A stretch of DNA of 62,285 nucleotides, filler included, from 6 parts of 6 records of this genome joined end to end with filler, not necessarily neighbours in it, one strand, 5' to 3'; positions 51,235 through 61,798 are shown, numbered from the whole stretch's first letter. Numbers and translations: made by a program. The notes: generated from the sequence alone by a model not told the origin.

Positions 51235-51768
51235 ATGAAAACGGTCAACGAATTTGCCCGGCGCCTCTTTGCGCTCGGAGCCGGCCTGTCGATGGCCCTC
51301 GTCTTTGCCATCATCTTCGTCAATTCGCTTCGCCGTTACACGGTCGGCCAGTCGGTATCCTGGGGCGAGGAACTGCCGATCTATCTGACCATCTACGGTG
51401 TCATGTTCGGTCTCGCGCTTGCCTATCTGCAGGACAGGCATATCCGCTTCACGGTGCTGACCGATTTTCTCTCCGTCTCCGTTCGTGAAAAACTCTTCGC
51501 GGCCGTCGACCTGGTCAGTTTTGCAACCGGTGTTGCCCTCGCCTTCTCCGGGCATGCCTTCGCCGTTCGCCGAGGCAACCTTGACGCTTCGGGCCTGAAA
51601 TCAGCCGGCAACTGGCTTGCGGAAACCACAGGCATCGACTCGCTGGTCTGGGTCGCCAAGGTCGGCACCTGGCAGTATGCGATCGCCATCGGCGGCGCAT
51701 TGCTGGCCGTGGCCGCCGCTCTCAAGTTCTTTGAACGCATCTCGGCCATCAAGGCGGTGCAGGCATGA
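51235..51768 (+). CDS. dctQ: TRAP transporter small permease
   Basis: SWGEEL...HIRF; four TMs. Confidence 0.88.
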   Translation: MKTVNEFARRLFALGAGLSMALVFAIIFVNSLRRYTVGQSVSWGEELPIYLTIYGVMFGLALAYLQDRHIRFTVLTDFLSVSVREKLFAAVDLVSFATGVALAFSGHAFAVRRGNLDASGLKSAGNWLAETTGIDSLVWVAKVGTWQYAIAIGGALLAVAAALKFFERISAIKAVQA

Positions 51769-53039
51769 TCTACGCAATCCTTCTCATCGGGCTCGCCACC
51801 GGCGTTCCAATCGCTCTTGCCATCATTGCAGCCTTGCTGGTGTTCATGGGTTATGGCGAAGCGCCCTATTCCCTGCGCGTGGTCGCAACGGAAATGTTCA
51901 AAGGCATGAACTCCTTCCCCCTGCTTGCCATTCCGCTGTTCGTGCTGGCGGGCGAAGTCATGAACGAAAGCGGCATCACCGGCCGCATCATTGCCTTTGC
52001 CAATGTTCTGGTCGGCCGGCTGCGCGCCGGTCTGGCGCTCGTCAACATCTGGGCGTCGGTGATCTTTGCCGGTCTTTCCGGGTCCGCGGTTGCCGACACA
52101 TCCGCCATCGGCCGGGTCTTCATTCCCGAGATGGAAAAACACGGCTATTCCCGCCCCTTCGCGGCAGCATTGACGGCGGCCTCATCCGTGATCGGGCCCA
52201 TCATCCCGCCATCCATCCCGGTGATCATCTACGCGCTGATCGTCTCCGGCGTTTCGGTGCCGGCTCTGTTCCTTGCCGGCATCATTCCCGGCATTCTGCT
52301 GGCGATTTTCCTCTCCGTCTTCGTAATGCTGACCGTGAAGGTCGATCATGGCGATCAGGCGGTAGGGCTGACCGCGGAACCGGCCAGCAAGGCCATTCTC
52401 GGCGGGATACTGCCATTGCTGATGCCGGTGTTCGTGGTCGGCTCCATCCTGCTCGGCGTCGTCACACCGACAGAGGCGGCAAGTTTCGCTGTCGCCTATG
52501 CGCTTTTCCTCGGCATCTTCGTCTATCGAAACATCAAGCTGTCTTCCCTGCCACGACTTTTCTCCGAAGCCATGCGCGACAGCGCGGTCATCCTGATCAT
52601 CATTGCCGCGGTCTCTGCCGCCAACTGGCTGCTGACCTACAACCGCGTTCCGAACATGCTGACCGACTGGGTGCTGTTGAATGTGGACAGCAAGACCACG
52701 TTCCTGATTGCCACCATTCTCCTGTTCCTGTTCGTCGGACTGTTTCTGGAAGGCATCGCCGCCATGCTGGTGCTGGTACCCATCTTGCATCCGATTGCGG
52801 TCGGCATGGGCGTGGACCCGGTCCACTTCGGCATCCTTGTCATCTTCAACCTGATGATCGGCCTGATCACCCCGCCACTCGGCCTATGTCTGTTCGTCGC
52901 CGAAGGCATCGCCCAGGTCGGCATGGCCCGGCTGACCATGGCCATACTGCCATTCTTCTTCGTTGAAGTGCTGGTGCTGCTCCTCCTCACATTTGTACCG
53001 GAAACGGTCATCTGGCTGCCCCGCATAATGGGCTACTGA
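51765..53039 (+). CDS. dctM: TRAP transporter large permease
   Basis: LLAIPLFVLAG, GLSGSAVAD, IIPPSI, TPTEA, GLITPPLG. Confidence 0.95.
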   Translation: MIYAILLIGLATGVPIALAIIAALLVFMGYGEAPYSLRVVATEMFKGMNSFPLLAIPLFVLAGEVMNESGITGRIIAFANVLVGRLRAGLALVNIWASVIFAGLSGSAVADTSAIGRVFIPEMEKHGYSRPFAAALTAASSVIGPIIPPSIPVIIYALIVSGVSVPALFLAGIIPGILLAIFLSVFVMLTVKVDHGDQAVGLTAEPASKAILGGILPLLMPVFVVGSILLGVVTPTEAASFAVAYALFLGIFVYRNIKLSSLPRLFSEAMRDSAVILIIIAAVSAANWLLTYNRVPNMLTDWVLLNVDSKTTFLIATILLFLFVGLFLEGIAAMLVLVPILHPIAVGMGVDPVHFGILVIFNLMIGLITPPLGLCLFVAEGIAQVGMARLTMAILPFFFVEVLVLLLLTFVPETVIWLPRIMGY

Positions 53040-53056
53040 ACCCACGGAAGGTCCCC

Positions 53057-54949
53057 ATGAAAACCGCCATCGCCACAGTCTCCATCGCAGGCGACCTAGC
53101 CGAAAAGCTCAGCGCAATCGCGGCTGCTGGCTTCGATGGCGTCGAGATCTTCGAAAACGACTTCCTGGCGTTTGACCGCAGTCCGAAGGATGTCGGCCAG
53201 ATGGTCCGCGACCATGGCCTGGAGATCTCACTGTTTCAGCCTTTCCGCGACTTTGAAGGCATGCCCGAGCCGCAGCGCAGCAGAACCTTCGCCCGCGCCG
53301 AACGCAAGTTCGACCTCATGCAGGAAATGGGCGCGGATCTTGTGCTGATCTGCTCCAACGTCTCTCCCATCGCGCTTGGTGGCATCGATCGTGCCGCCAA
53401 TGATCTTGCAGAGCTGGGTGACCTTGCCGCCAGGAGCGGTATCCGCATCGGCTATGAGGCCCTCGCCTGGGGCCGTTTCGTCAACGATCACCGCGATGCC
53501 TGGGAAATCGTGCGCAGAGCCGACCACCCCAACGTGGGCCTGATCCTGGATTCCTTCCACACCCTGTCGCGCAAGATAGACCCAGATTCGATCCGGGCCA
53601 TTCCCGGCGACAAGATCTTCTTCGTCCAGCTGGCCGACGCGCCGAACTTCAACATGGACCTGCTCTACTGGAGCCGCCATTTCCGCAACATGCCAGGCGA
53701 AGGTGATCTGGACGTGACCGGTTTCATGCGGGCCGTTGCGGCAACAGGTTATGACGGCGTGCTGTCGCTGGAGATCTTCAACGACCAGTTCCGTGGCGGT
53801 TCGCCGAAATCCATTGCGGTCGATGGCTACCGCTCCCTGCTCTACCTGATGGACCAGGTCCGGCGAACCGAACCCGGCATCCGGATCCCCGTTCCCGAAA
53901 TGCCCGACAGGGTACCGGTTGCAGGTATTGAGTTCGTTGAATTTGCCGCCGACCGCAAGGAAGCAAACGACTTGTCGGCCATGCTGACGACGCTCGGCTT
54001 CCACAAGGCCGGCAAGCACGTCTCCAAGGAGGTCGAACTCTGGCGGCAAGGCGGCATCAACATCGTCATCAACACCGACCCGCGCGGCTTCGCCCATGCG
54101 TCCTACATCTCGCATGGCACCAATGTCTGTGACATCGGCCTTAAGGTTGCAGACGCTTCGGCAACTGTTGCCCGTGCCGAGACCCTGGGGGCCAAAACCT
54201 TCGAACAGCCGGTCGGGCCGGGCGAATTGAAGATCCCAGCGATCCGCGCTCTCGGTGGCAGCGTCATTCATTTCGTCGACGACAGCAAGGATCTGTCACG
54301 GGTGTGGGAAATCGAGTTCGAACCGGTTGGTCAGGGCGGGGCGACAGGCGATGCCGGCCTTATCCGCATCGACCACCTCGCCGAGACGATGAACTATGAC
54401 GAGATGCTCACCTGGCTTCTGTTTTACCGGTCTATCTTCGACACGGAGAAGACTGCCATGGTGGATGTCATCGACCCGGCAGGCCTCGTCCGCAGCCAGG
54501 CCATCGAAAATGATGACGGCAGCCTGCGGATCACGCTCAACGGGGCGGAGAACCGAAGGACCCTAGCCGGGCATTTCATCTCGGAAGGTTTCGGATCGGG
54601 TGTGCAACATATTGCCTTCGAAACCACCGACATCTTCAAGACGGTGAAGGCGCTGCAAGCCAACGGTTTCACCCCGCTGGTGATATCGCCGAACTACTAC
54701 GACGATCTGGATGCCCGTTTCGGGCTGGAGGAAGACTTCCTCAACGACCTGAAAAACTCGGGCATTCTCTATGACCGGGACGAGAACGGCGAATATTTCC
54801 AGCTGTACAGCCCGACCTACGGCGAAGGCTTCTTCTTCGAGATTGTCGAACGCCGCGGCGGATACAAGGGCTATGGCGCCGCCAACGCCCAGTTCCGCAT
54901 CGCCGCCCAGAAACGCCATTTCCGCGCGAAGGGCATGCCGGCAAGGTAG
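53057..54949 (+). CDS. quiC: 3-dehydroshikimate dehydratase, QuiC1 type (TIM barrel + HPPD-like VOC fusion)
   Basis: YEALAWG, LDSFH, VQLADAP, SRHFRNMPGEG, SLEIFND; C-terminal IDH/QHIA/FFEIVER.GY.GYG; context with shikimate dehydrogenase. Confidence 0.85.
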   Translation: MKTAIATVSIAGDLAEKLSAIAAAGFDGVEIFENDFLAFDRSPKDVGQMVRDHGLEISLFQPFRDFEGMPEPQRSRTFARAERKFDLMQEMGADLVLICSNVSPIALGGIDRAANDLAELGDLAARSGIRIGYEALAWGRFVNDHRDAWEIVRRADHPNVGLILDSFHTLSRKIDPDSIRAIPGDKIFFVQLADAPNFNMDLLYWSRHFRNMPGEGDLDVTGFMRAVAATGYDGVLSLEIFNDQFRGGSPKSIAVDGYRSLLYLMDQVRRTEPGIRIPVPEMPDRVPVAGIEFVEFAADRKEANDLSAMLTTLGFHKAGKHVSKEVELWRQGGINIVINTDPRGFAHASYISHGTNVCDIGLKVADASATVARAETLGAKTFEQPVGPGELKIPAIRALGGSVIHFVDDSKDLSRVWEIEFEPVGQGGATGDAGLIRIDHLAETMNYDEMLTWLLFYRSIFDTEKTAMVDVIDPAGLVRSQAIENDDGSLRITLNGAENRRTLAGHFISEGFGSGVQHIAFETTDIFKTVKALQANGFTPLVISPNYYDDLDARFGLEEDFLNDLKNSGILYDRDENGEYFQLYSPTYGEGFFFEIVERRGGYKGYGAANAQFRIAAQKRHFRAKGMPAR

Positions 54950-55024
54950 GCTGGCCTCGGGAGGAACGCCGGGCTGATGCATCGACAGGAGCGACAGTCA
55001 GTCAAGACCTATCCTGTACCACGC

Positions 55025-55107
55025 CCTCATCCTGAGGAGCCGCCACGCGGCGTCTCGAAGGATGGGCGACACACTCTGAGCAAGCAGCCCATCCTTCGAG
55101 ACAGCGC
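55025..55107. repeat. Palindromic interspersed repeat (REP/RIME-like)
   Basis: CTCATCCTGAGGAG..., perfect 16-bp IR GTCTCGAAGGATGGGC (55052-55067) / GCCCATCCTTCGAGAC (55087-55102); the contig ends inside it. Confidence 0.7.
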
Positions 55108-55207
55108 NNNNNNNNNNNNNNNNNNNNNNNNNNNNNNNNNNNNNNNNNNNNTTAATTAATTAANNNNNNNNNNNNNNNNNNNNNNNNNNNNNNNNNNNNN
55201 NNNNNNN

Positions 55208-55547
55208 GCAACAGCTGAACGCCGAACGCGCCCGCCGTGCGCAGGTGACCGAGGCCGAAGGGTCCAAACGCGCGGTCGAACTGGCCGCCGACGCCGAACT
55301 TTACGCCTCGGAGCAAACCGCCAAGGCCCGCCGCGTGCTGGCCGAGGCAGAGGCCTATGCCACACAGGTGGTTGCCACTGCGATCAATGAAAACGGGCTG
55401 GAGGCCGCGCAGTACCAGATTGCGCTCAAACAGGTTGAGGCGATGGGCACGTTGGGCAAGGGCGATGGCAATCAAACGGTCTTTGTGCCCACACAGGCGC
55501 TTGAGGCCTTCAGCGATGCCTTTAAGCTTTTGAAAGGACGTGGATAA
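55208..55547 (+). CDS. SPFH/stomatin (QmcA-like) protein, C-terminal fragment
   Basis: QQLNAERARRAQVTEAEG...AEAEA; adjacent nfeD. Confidence 0.85.
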
Positions 55548-55822
55548 TGGCCGATTACCTGTCGCTTTGGTGGGTCTGGATCTGCATCGCACTGGCGCTT
55601 GGCGTGGTTGAACTGCTGGCGCCGGGGTTCATTTTCCTTGGCTTCGGGCTGGGCGCATTGGCGATGGCGGGTGTGGTTCTGATCGCGCCGGGGATCAACA
55701 TCCCTGCCCTGCTCGCCCTCTTTGCGGTGCTGTCGCTGATTGCCTGGATCATCCTGCGGATGGGGTTTCGCAAACAATCCAGCGGCGCACGGATTGTCAC
55801 CAAGGACATCAACGACAACTGA
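55547..55822 (+). CDS. NfeD-like small membrane protein
   Basis: WICIALALGVVELLAPGFIFLGFGLGA; translationally coupled to the SPFH gene. Confidence 0.8.
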   Translation: MADYLSLWWVWICIALALGVVELLAPGFIFLGFGLGALAMAGVVLIAPGINIPALLALFAVLSLIAWIILRMGFRKQSSGARIVTKDINDN

Positions 55823-55893
55823 TCTGATCAACAGGCCGCTTGTGCGGACACGGGCGGCCTGATACCTCTGCATATTCAATAAAACAAAAGGGT

Positions 55894-57282
55894 ATGCTGA
55901 TGGAAGAATTGGTCTTTGGGTGGGAAGAATGGGTTGCACTGCCGGATCTCGGGCTGCCTGCCATCAAGGCCAAAGTGGACACAGGCGCCCGCACCTCCGC
56001 CCTCCACGCCCACGACATCGAAGTGTTTGGCCCCGCCGCCAAACCCAAGGTGCGCTTTAACGTACATCCCATTGCCGGACGCGACGACATTGCGATCACC
56101 TGCTCTGCCCCGCTGGTGGACCGGCGCGAGGTCACATCTTCCAACGGCGAATCCGAGCAACGCTACGTGATTTCCAGCACCCTGACAGTGGCCGATCAGC
56201 AATGGCCGATCGAGATCACCCTGACCAACCGCGCCGGTATGACCAGCCGTATGCTTTTGGGCCGTCAGGCGCTGGCCGATCACATCTCCATTTCCGCCAC
56301 CGAACGGCGTTTGCAGCCAGAGCTGAGCTATGACGCCTATCACGATGCCACCGTGCGCCGCTCCGCGCCCAAACGGGCGCTGCGCATTGCCGTGCTGAGC
56401 CGTGAAAACAACTATTCCACCCGCCGCCTTGTCGAAGTGGGCGAAGCGCGGGGTCATGTGGTTGAGGTGATCGACACGACCCGCTGCTATATGGCGATCA
56501 ATGCAATGGCCCCCGAGGTGCATTATGATGGCAAACGCCTGCCGCGTTATGACGCGGTGATCCCGCGCATCGGGGCCTCCATCACGCCTTATGGCACCGC
56601 TGTCATCCGCCAGTTTGAGACCATCGGAACCTATTGTGTGAACGGCAGCGCCGGCATTACCGCCAGCCGCGACAAACTGCACGCGCATCAGGTCTTGGCC
56701 TCCAAGAAAATCGGCATGCCGACCACAGCCTTTGCCGCCTCGCCCAAGGACACATCCAACCTGATGGGGCTGGTGGGCACTGCGCCGCTGATCGTGAAAC
56801 TGCTCGAATCCACCCAAGGCAAGGGCGTGGTCTTGGCCGAAACCAAAAAAGCCGCCGAATCCGTGATCGACGCCTTCCGCGGGCTCAAGGCCAACTTTCT
56901 GGTGCAGGACTTTGTCAAAGAGGCCGCAGGCGAGGATATCCGCTGTCTGGTGATCGCAGGCAAGGTTGTGGCCGCTATGAAGCGCACCGGCGCGGAGGGG
57001 GATTTCCGCTCCAACCTGCATCGGGGCGGATCGGCCAAGGTGGTGCGCATCTCCAAGGAAGAACGCGAAACCGCTGTGCGGGCGGCGCGGGCCTTCGGGC
57101 TGGGCAAGGCGGGCGTTGATCTGCTGCGCTCCGAAAGCGGGCCAAAGGTGCTTGAGGTGAACTCCTCCCCCGGTTTTGAGGGGATCGAGACCGCCACAGG
57201 CAAAGACATCGTTGGCAAGCTTTATGACGAGATCGAAGCGCGGGTGAAACCGCAACCCGTGCGCCGCCGCAAATCAGGCTGA
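55894..57282 (+). CDS. rimK: RimK ATP-grasp glutamate ligase with fused N-terminal retropepsin-like (RimB-type) protease
   Basis: GWEEWVAL..L....[16 protein letters not shown]...MLLGR; then [39 protein letters not shown]. Confidence 0.93.
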   Translation: MLMEELVFGWEEWVALPDLGLPAIKAKVDTGARTSALHAHDIEVFGPAAKPKVRFNVHPIAGRDDIAITCSAPLVDRREVTSSNGESEQRYVISSTLTVADQQWPIEITLTNRAGMTSRMLLGRQALADHISISATERRLQPELSYDAYHDATVRRSAPKRALRIAVLSRENNYSTRRLVEVGEARGHVVEVIDTTRCYMAINAMAPEVHYDGKRLPRYDAVIPRIGASITPYGTAVIRQFETIGTYCVNGSAGITASRDKLHAHQVLASKKIGMPTTAFAASPKDTSNLMGLVGTAPLIVKLLESTQGKGVVLAETKKAAESVIDAFRGLKANFLVQDFVKEAAGEDIRCLVIAGKVVAAMKRTGAEGDFRSNLHRGGSAKVVRISKEERETAVRAARAFGLGKAGVDLLRSESGPKVLEVNSSPGFEGIETATGKDIVGKLYDEIEARVKPQPVRRRKSG

Positions 57283-58161
57283 GGCGCTGCCCTGCTCAAG
57301 CCAGCGTTGTTCTTGCGGGGACAGCATGCCAGCGATCCGGGCGCGATAGGCGGCCAGATCCTTGTCTGACAGCACCCCTTCCCATTTGTTCGACGATGCC
57401 GTGTCGAAAAATCCGGCGTCGTCGTGCCAGAACCCAACGCCAGCGCCCGGTGCAAACCGCACCGCATTGGCTTTCATATTGGCAAAGGATGCGGCTTCAA
57501 CCAACTGCGCCATGACTGCGGGCGGATGGGTGATGCCGATGTGATCAGCAATACCCGCGATGGCCGCCGCCGGATCACGGCACATATCGGCATAATGCAG
57601 ACGCAGCAGATTGCTTGCCCCTTCTTCCTCAAGGGCCAGGGCGCTGCGGTAGTGATCCGTGATCATCTGCAAACTTGCTGCATCAAATCGGTCTTCGTCG
57701 AGAAACTGATAGAAACTTTCGACCGGATCATCGGGAAAAGTCACCCCCGTGCCTGAATGCGCCAGATTGGCTGCGTGACGGCGGAACGAAAAATGCACAT
57801 CAATCGGATGCCGGTAAACGCAGATATAGCGCAGCGCCTCCCAGACCGGCAGCCCGTCAAATGGCGTGTGCGATTTCACCTGTCGCCGTCCCGTCTGGGC
57901 CTCCAGCCGCTCAACCACCTCGGCGATGTCCCGCACATTGATGTCGATCCAAGGGGCGTTCTGGCTGGGCTTTGCGTCCACCTGCGGATCGCCGGAGATG
58001 AGCAGCGCCAAAATCGCCTGTATCCATGTGGTGCCGGATTTGGGCGGGGTGGACAACACGATGTCGCCATCGCGCGGCTCAAACGCCTGCCACCGGGTGG
58101 AATCGGTGATCGTATCCCCGTAGATCTTGACCGGAGGCCGCTGCGCCATGTTCATTGTCAT
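57274..58161 (-). CDS. PAPS-dependent sulfotransferase (SULT-like)
   Basis: TPPKSGTTW (5'-PSB), [13 protein letters not shown] (3'-PB). Confidence 0.9.
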   Translation of the reverse strand: MTMNMAQRPPVKIYGDTITDSTRWQAFEPRDGDIVLSTPPKSGTTWIQAILALLISGDPQVDAKPSQNAPWIDINVRDIAEVVERLEAQTGRRQVKSHTPFDGLPVWEALRYICVYRHPIDVHFSFRRHAANLAHSGTGVTFPDDPVESFYQFLDEDRFDAASLQMITDHYRSALALEEEGASNLLRLHYADMCRDPAAAIAGIADHIGITHPPAVMAQLVEAASFANMKANAVRFAPGAGVGFWHDDAGFFDTASSNKWEGVLSDKDLAAYRARIAGMLSPQEQRWLEQGSASA

Positions 58162-58260
58162 GCTTCATCCCCATTTGTCGCAGTTCTTCTGCCCGGCCCC
58201 TATGGACGCCTGCCCGCTTAAACCCTATATAAACGCTCAGGAACCAAAACCGAGGCCCAT

Positions 58261-58623
58261 ATGACCGATCAGTCCCAACCCCTTGAAGGCACGCCGCTAA
58301 TTGCGCCGTCCAGCACCGATCATCCTTTGTATGAACAGGTGGTCGAGGCCTGCCGTTCGGTCTATGACCCTGAAATTCCGGTCAACATCTATGAATTGGG
58401 TTTGATCTATACCATCGACATCAATGACCAAAACGAGGTCGATATCAAGATGTCTTTGACAGCGCCCGGATGCCCTGTTGCCGGTGAAATGCCCGGCTGG
58501 GTCGCCGATGCGGTCGAACCTTTGCCCGGTGTGAAACAGGTCAATGTAGAACTGGTCTGGGAGCCGCCATGGGGCATGGATATGATGTCTGACGAGGCGC
58601 GTCTCGAACTGGGCTTTATGTAA
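58261..58623 (+). CDS. sufT: SUF system Fe-S assembly protein (DUF59/SufT)
   Basis: VYDPEIPVNIYELGLIY, LTAPGCP, WEPPW. Confidence 0.92.
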   Translation: MTDQSQPLEGTPLIAPSSTDHPLYEQVVEACRSVYDPEIPVNIYELGLIYTIDINDQNEVDIKMSLTAPGCPVAGEMPGWVADAVEPLPGVKQVNVELVWEPPWGMDMMSDEARLELGFM

Positions 58624-58702
58624 CAGGCGCAAAGCTTTGCCGCGCGCCGCTTGAGATATTGCATCCGGCCTCCTATCTTGAGGCCAAGCAGGAGATCACA
58701 CC

Positions 58703-59065
58703 ATGTTCGGCATTCCCGGCAAGCAAGCCGTCACCATCACACCCAAGGCCGCTGCACAAATCACCAAGCTGATGCAATCGGCGGGCCACGCTGGCCTGCG
58801 CATTGGCGTCAAAAAGGGCGGCTGTGCGGGCATGGAATACACCATGGAATATGTCGATACGGCCGATCCCAACGATGAGGTTGTGACACAGGATGGCGCC
58901 TGTGTGATGATCGCTCCAATGGCGCAGATGTTCCTGTTCGGCACTGAAATCGACTATGAAACCTCCCTGTTGGAATCCGGTTTCAAGTTCAACAATCCTA
59001 ACGTGTCCGAGGCCTGCGGTTGCGGCGAGTCGATCAAGTTTGACGAAGCCCTGTTCGCCAAGTGA
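58703..59065 (+). CDS. A-type Fe-S carrier (HesB/IscA/SufA)
   Basis: GGCAGMEY, FKFNNPN...CGCGES. Confidence 0.95.
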   Translation: MFGIPGKQAVTITPKAAAQITKLMQSAGHAGLRIGVKKGGCAGMEYTMEYVDTADPNDEVVTQDGACVMIAPMAQMFLFGTEIDYETSLLESGFKFNNPNVSEACGCGESIKFDEALFAK

Positions 59066-59391
59066 GCCTGAGCGCGGGTGATATCGCCTTTGCCACCGAA
59101 CTGTTTGAAGACCTGCCCGATCTGACCACCCGCCGGATGTTTGGCGGCATGGGGATCTATTCCCAAGGGGTGATCTTTGCCCTGCTGCATTCGGACGGCC
59201 AGATCATGATCAAATCCACCGGCGGTACTTTTGCGAGCGAGCTGGAGGCGATGGGCGCGGTCAAATGGACCTACACCCGCAAGGATGGCGCGGCCTCTTC
59301 GATGCCTTATTACACCCTGCCGGATGCCGCACTGGAGGACAGTGAACTGGCGCTTGATCTGGGCCGGCGGGCGCTGGCGGCGCTGGATTAG
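59062..59391 (+). CDS. TfoX/Sxy N-terminal domain protein
   Basis: RRMFGGMGIY...FAL...MPYY.LP. Confidence 0.88.
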   Translation: MSLSAGDIAFATELFEDLPDLTTRRMFGGMGIYSQGVIFALLHSDGQIMIKSTGGTFASELEAMGAVKWTYTRKDGAASSMPYYTLPDAALEDSELALDLGRRALAALD

Positions 59392-60023
59392 GTTGGCGCC
59401 AGTTCTGCTCCCAACTGCTGCTGAAATTGCTTCATGAAATCAACACGATCCGCCGCGATTGCGCGAGCAGCCTTTGTGTGCAATTGCGCGGCAATCTGGA
59501 ACAGTTTCACCTCAAAATGATCCAAGGCAAATGCGGTGTCATCCAAAGGACGATCCGTTGCCAAAGGGTCTGCCCCGTCGAACAGATCGCGCCCAATCTG
59601 GCCTGAGACGTTGAAACACCGGGCAATCCCGATGGCGCCGAGTGCCTCCAGCCGATCCGCGTCCTGCAAGATCTGCGCCTCCAGTGTGGTGGCAGGCACA
59701 TTGGCGGAAAAGCTATGGGCGTGGATCGCGTGATGCAGCGCATCCAAGGCCCGTTTATCAAAGTCCTGCGCCAGAAACTGCACCGCATGATCCGCCGAAA
59801 GCCGCGCCGCATCGCTGCGGTCAGGGTGATCTTTGGGAAGGTTGATCACGTCATGAAAGATCGCTGCCGCTTGCAGAACCTTCAGATCTGCACCGCCCTC
59901 TGCTTTGGCAATCTGTTGGCAAAGCGCCCAGACACGCCGCAAATGCCACAGATCATGCGCGCCGTCCTGCGCATCCCCCCAAACACGCAGCACCTCCGCC
60001 TCATATCGGGCTTGTCGTGTCAC
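59388..60023 (-). CDS. HD domain phosphohydrolase (YedJ-like)
   Basis: AHDLWH..RV, FHD, HAHSFS, QDADRLEALGAIGIAR, DHF..KL. Confidence 0.9.
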   Translation of the reverse strand: MTRQARYEAEVLRVWGDAQDGAHDLWHLRRVWALCQQIAKAEGGADLKVLQAAAIFHDVINLPKDHPDRSDAARLSADHAVQFLAQDFDKRALDALHHAIHAHSFSANVPATTLEAQILQDADRLEALGAIGIARCFNVSGQIGRDLFDGADPLATDRPLDDTAFALDHFEVKLFQIAAQLHTKAARAIAADRVDFMKQFQQQLGAELAPT

Positions 60024-60925
60024 TTTTTCTGCAAATGCACGTAGGTCTCGTTGTAGCGTTTGGACAGGTGATCGCCTGCCAGGATCACCTGATCACTGCC
60101 CTCGGGGGCGACATTGGTGTCATGGGTGGGGTTAAAGAACATCGGAACGGATATGCGTTCATTGCTGCCGCCGACCACGCGGTGCGGGGTCGCTTTGACG
60201 GTTCCGCCGCTCCAAAATTCCATCATCTCACCGAAATTGATGACAAATTCGCCGGGCGGGGCCGCCACAGGGATCCAGCCGCCGCCGCGTTTGCGCACTT
60301 CAAGCCCGGGTGATCCGTCCGCCGCCAGCAGCGTCAGACAGCCGTAATCGGTATGGGTGGCAATGCCAAAATCTTTGGCACCCGCATCCGCAGGGCGCGT
60401 CGGATAATAATTGCCGCGCAGCAGGGCCATGGGTTTGCCAAAGGCATCGTCAAAACTGTCTCGCGGCTTGCCAATCGACGCTGCAACCCCGCGCAGCACA
60501 TCCATCGCAACCGCGCAGGCAGCCTCATAATAATCGGACACAACCGCCTGAAACGCCTCTGGTTGGTCCGGCCAATGGTTGGGCGCGTAAAACGGATTGT
60601 CCAACAAGGGATCGCCAGCAGGAAGGGTCAGGCCGCAGTCAAACACCTGTTTGAAATCAGGGTTGGCATCCGGGTCCACCTGTTCTGAGGCCGCAGCCCC
60701 CCAGCCGCGATTGGATCCGGTTTTGGCCATGTCATAGGCTGCCTTTTGTGCCTCGGGCAGCTTGAAAAAGGCGCGGTAGGTTTCAATGACCTCAGAGACC
60801 CGTTCGGCGGTCAAGGCGGTGTTATGCACCGTGGCAAAACCCACATCTGTCGCTGCGCCCTGCATCGCCTCAAGCGCGGCGTTGTCTCCTGCCGTCAATG
60901 CGGCCAGATCAATCTTTGGTATCAT
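60020..60925 (-). CDS. 2-oxoglutarate/Fe(II) dioxygenase (IPNS-like)
   Basis: IPKIDL, HTDYGCLTLL, HRV, RISVPMF. Confidence 0.92.
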   Translation of the reverse strand: MIPKIDLAALTAGDNAALEAMQGAATDVGFATVHNTALTAERVSEVIETYRAFFKLPEAQKAAYDMAKTGSNRGWGAAASEQVDPDANPDFKQVFDCGLTLPAGDPLLDNPFYAPNHWPDQPEAFQAVVSDYYEAACAVAMDVLRGVAASIGKPRDSFDDAFGKPMALLRGNYYPTRPADAGAKDFGIATHTDYGCLTLLAADGSPGLEVRKRGGGWIPVAAPPGEFVINFGEMMEFWSGGTVKATPHRVVGGSNERISVPMFFNPTHDTNVAPEGSDQVILAGDHLSKRYNETYVHLQKK

Positions 60926-61042
60926 CACACATCCCCCCCTTGCCCATGAGCATGATGCCATGCGCCCCTGTCAAGAGTTGCCTTGCGTTGCCTCGCACTG
61001 GGCCGGGTGGTAACAACGGACACAACAACAAATGAGGGATAT

Positions 61043-61789
61043 ATGCGCCGCAAAATTGCCGCCGGAAACTGGAAGATGAACGGCACCGCCGCCGCGCTGA
61101 ACGAGCTGGAAACGCTGGCCCAGATGATGCCAGAGGCCCCTCCCGAAGTGGTGATTTGCCCGCCTGCCCCCCTGTTGTTTCGCGCCGTTGACGCCGCGCC
61201 GGAAGGCATCGCCATCGGTGCGCAGGATTGCCACATGCAGGCCAAGGGTGCCTTCACCGGCGATATCTCGGCAGAGATGATCGCCGACACCGGTGCGGGC
61301 TTTGTCATTGTCGGCCATTCCGAACGCCGCGACGCCCATGAAGAGACCAACAGCGACATCCGCGCCAAAACCCGCTGTGCCTGGGGTGCTGGTTTGACGG
61401 CAATCGTCTGCATCGGCGAAAGCGGCGAAGACCGCGCGGCCAACAACACGCTGGACATCATCGGCGGGCAATTGGCCGGATCACTGCCCGATGGCGCAGA
61501 TGGCGCGAACACCGTGATCGCTTATGAGCCGATCTGGGCGATTGGCACCGGCAAGGTGCCGACGCTGGAACAGATCATCGAAGTGCATGATTTCATCCGC
61601 GCCCGTCTGATCACCCGCTTTGGCGCGGAAATTGGCGATGCCATTGCCCTGCTTTACGGCGGATCGGTCAAACCGGACAACGCCGAGATGATTTTTCGCG
61701 CAGAAAACGTGGATGGCGCCTTGGTGGGGGGGGCATCGCTCAAGGCGTCGGATTTTGCGCCGATCATTGCCGCGCTGGCCAATTCCTGA
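61043..61789 (+). CDS. tpiA: Triose-phosphate isomerase
   Basis: AGNWKMNG, VGHSERR, AYEPIWAIGTG, LYGGSVK, DGALVGGASL. Confidence 0.98.
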   Translation: MRRKIAAGNWKMNGTAAALNELETLAQMMPEAPPEVVICPPAPLLFRAVDAAPEGIAIGAQDCHMQAKGAFTGDISAEMIADTGAGFVIVGHSERRDAHEETNSDIRAKTRCAWGAGLTAIVCIGESGEDRAANNTLDIIGGQLAGSLPDGADGANTVIAYEPIWAIGTGKVPTLEQIIEVHDFIRARLITRFGAEIGDAIALLYGGSVKPDNAEMIFRAENVDGALVGGASLKASDFAPIIAALANS

Positions 61790-61798
61790 GCGGCCGAC

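Noticed and set aside
37069-54949. A continuous pathway from shikimate (quiC) through protocatechuate to the gal/lig genes
   Set aside because: The clusters lie on different fragments separated by a spacer and may come from different genomes
53057-54949. 4-hydroxyphenylpyruvate dioxygenase call
   Set aside because: The N-terminal TIM-barrel fusion and shikimate dehydrogenase context match the known QuiC1 architecture, so the fusion is not novel
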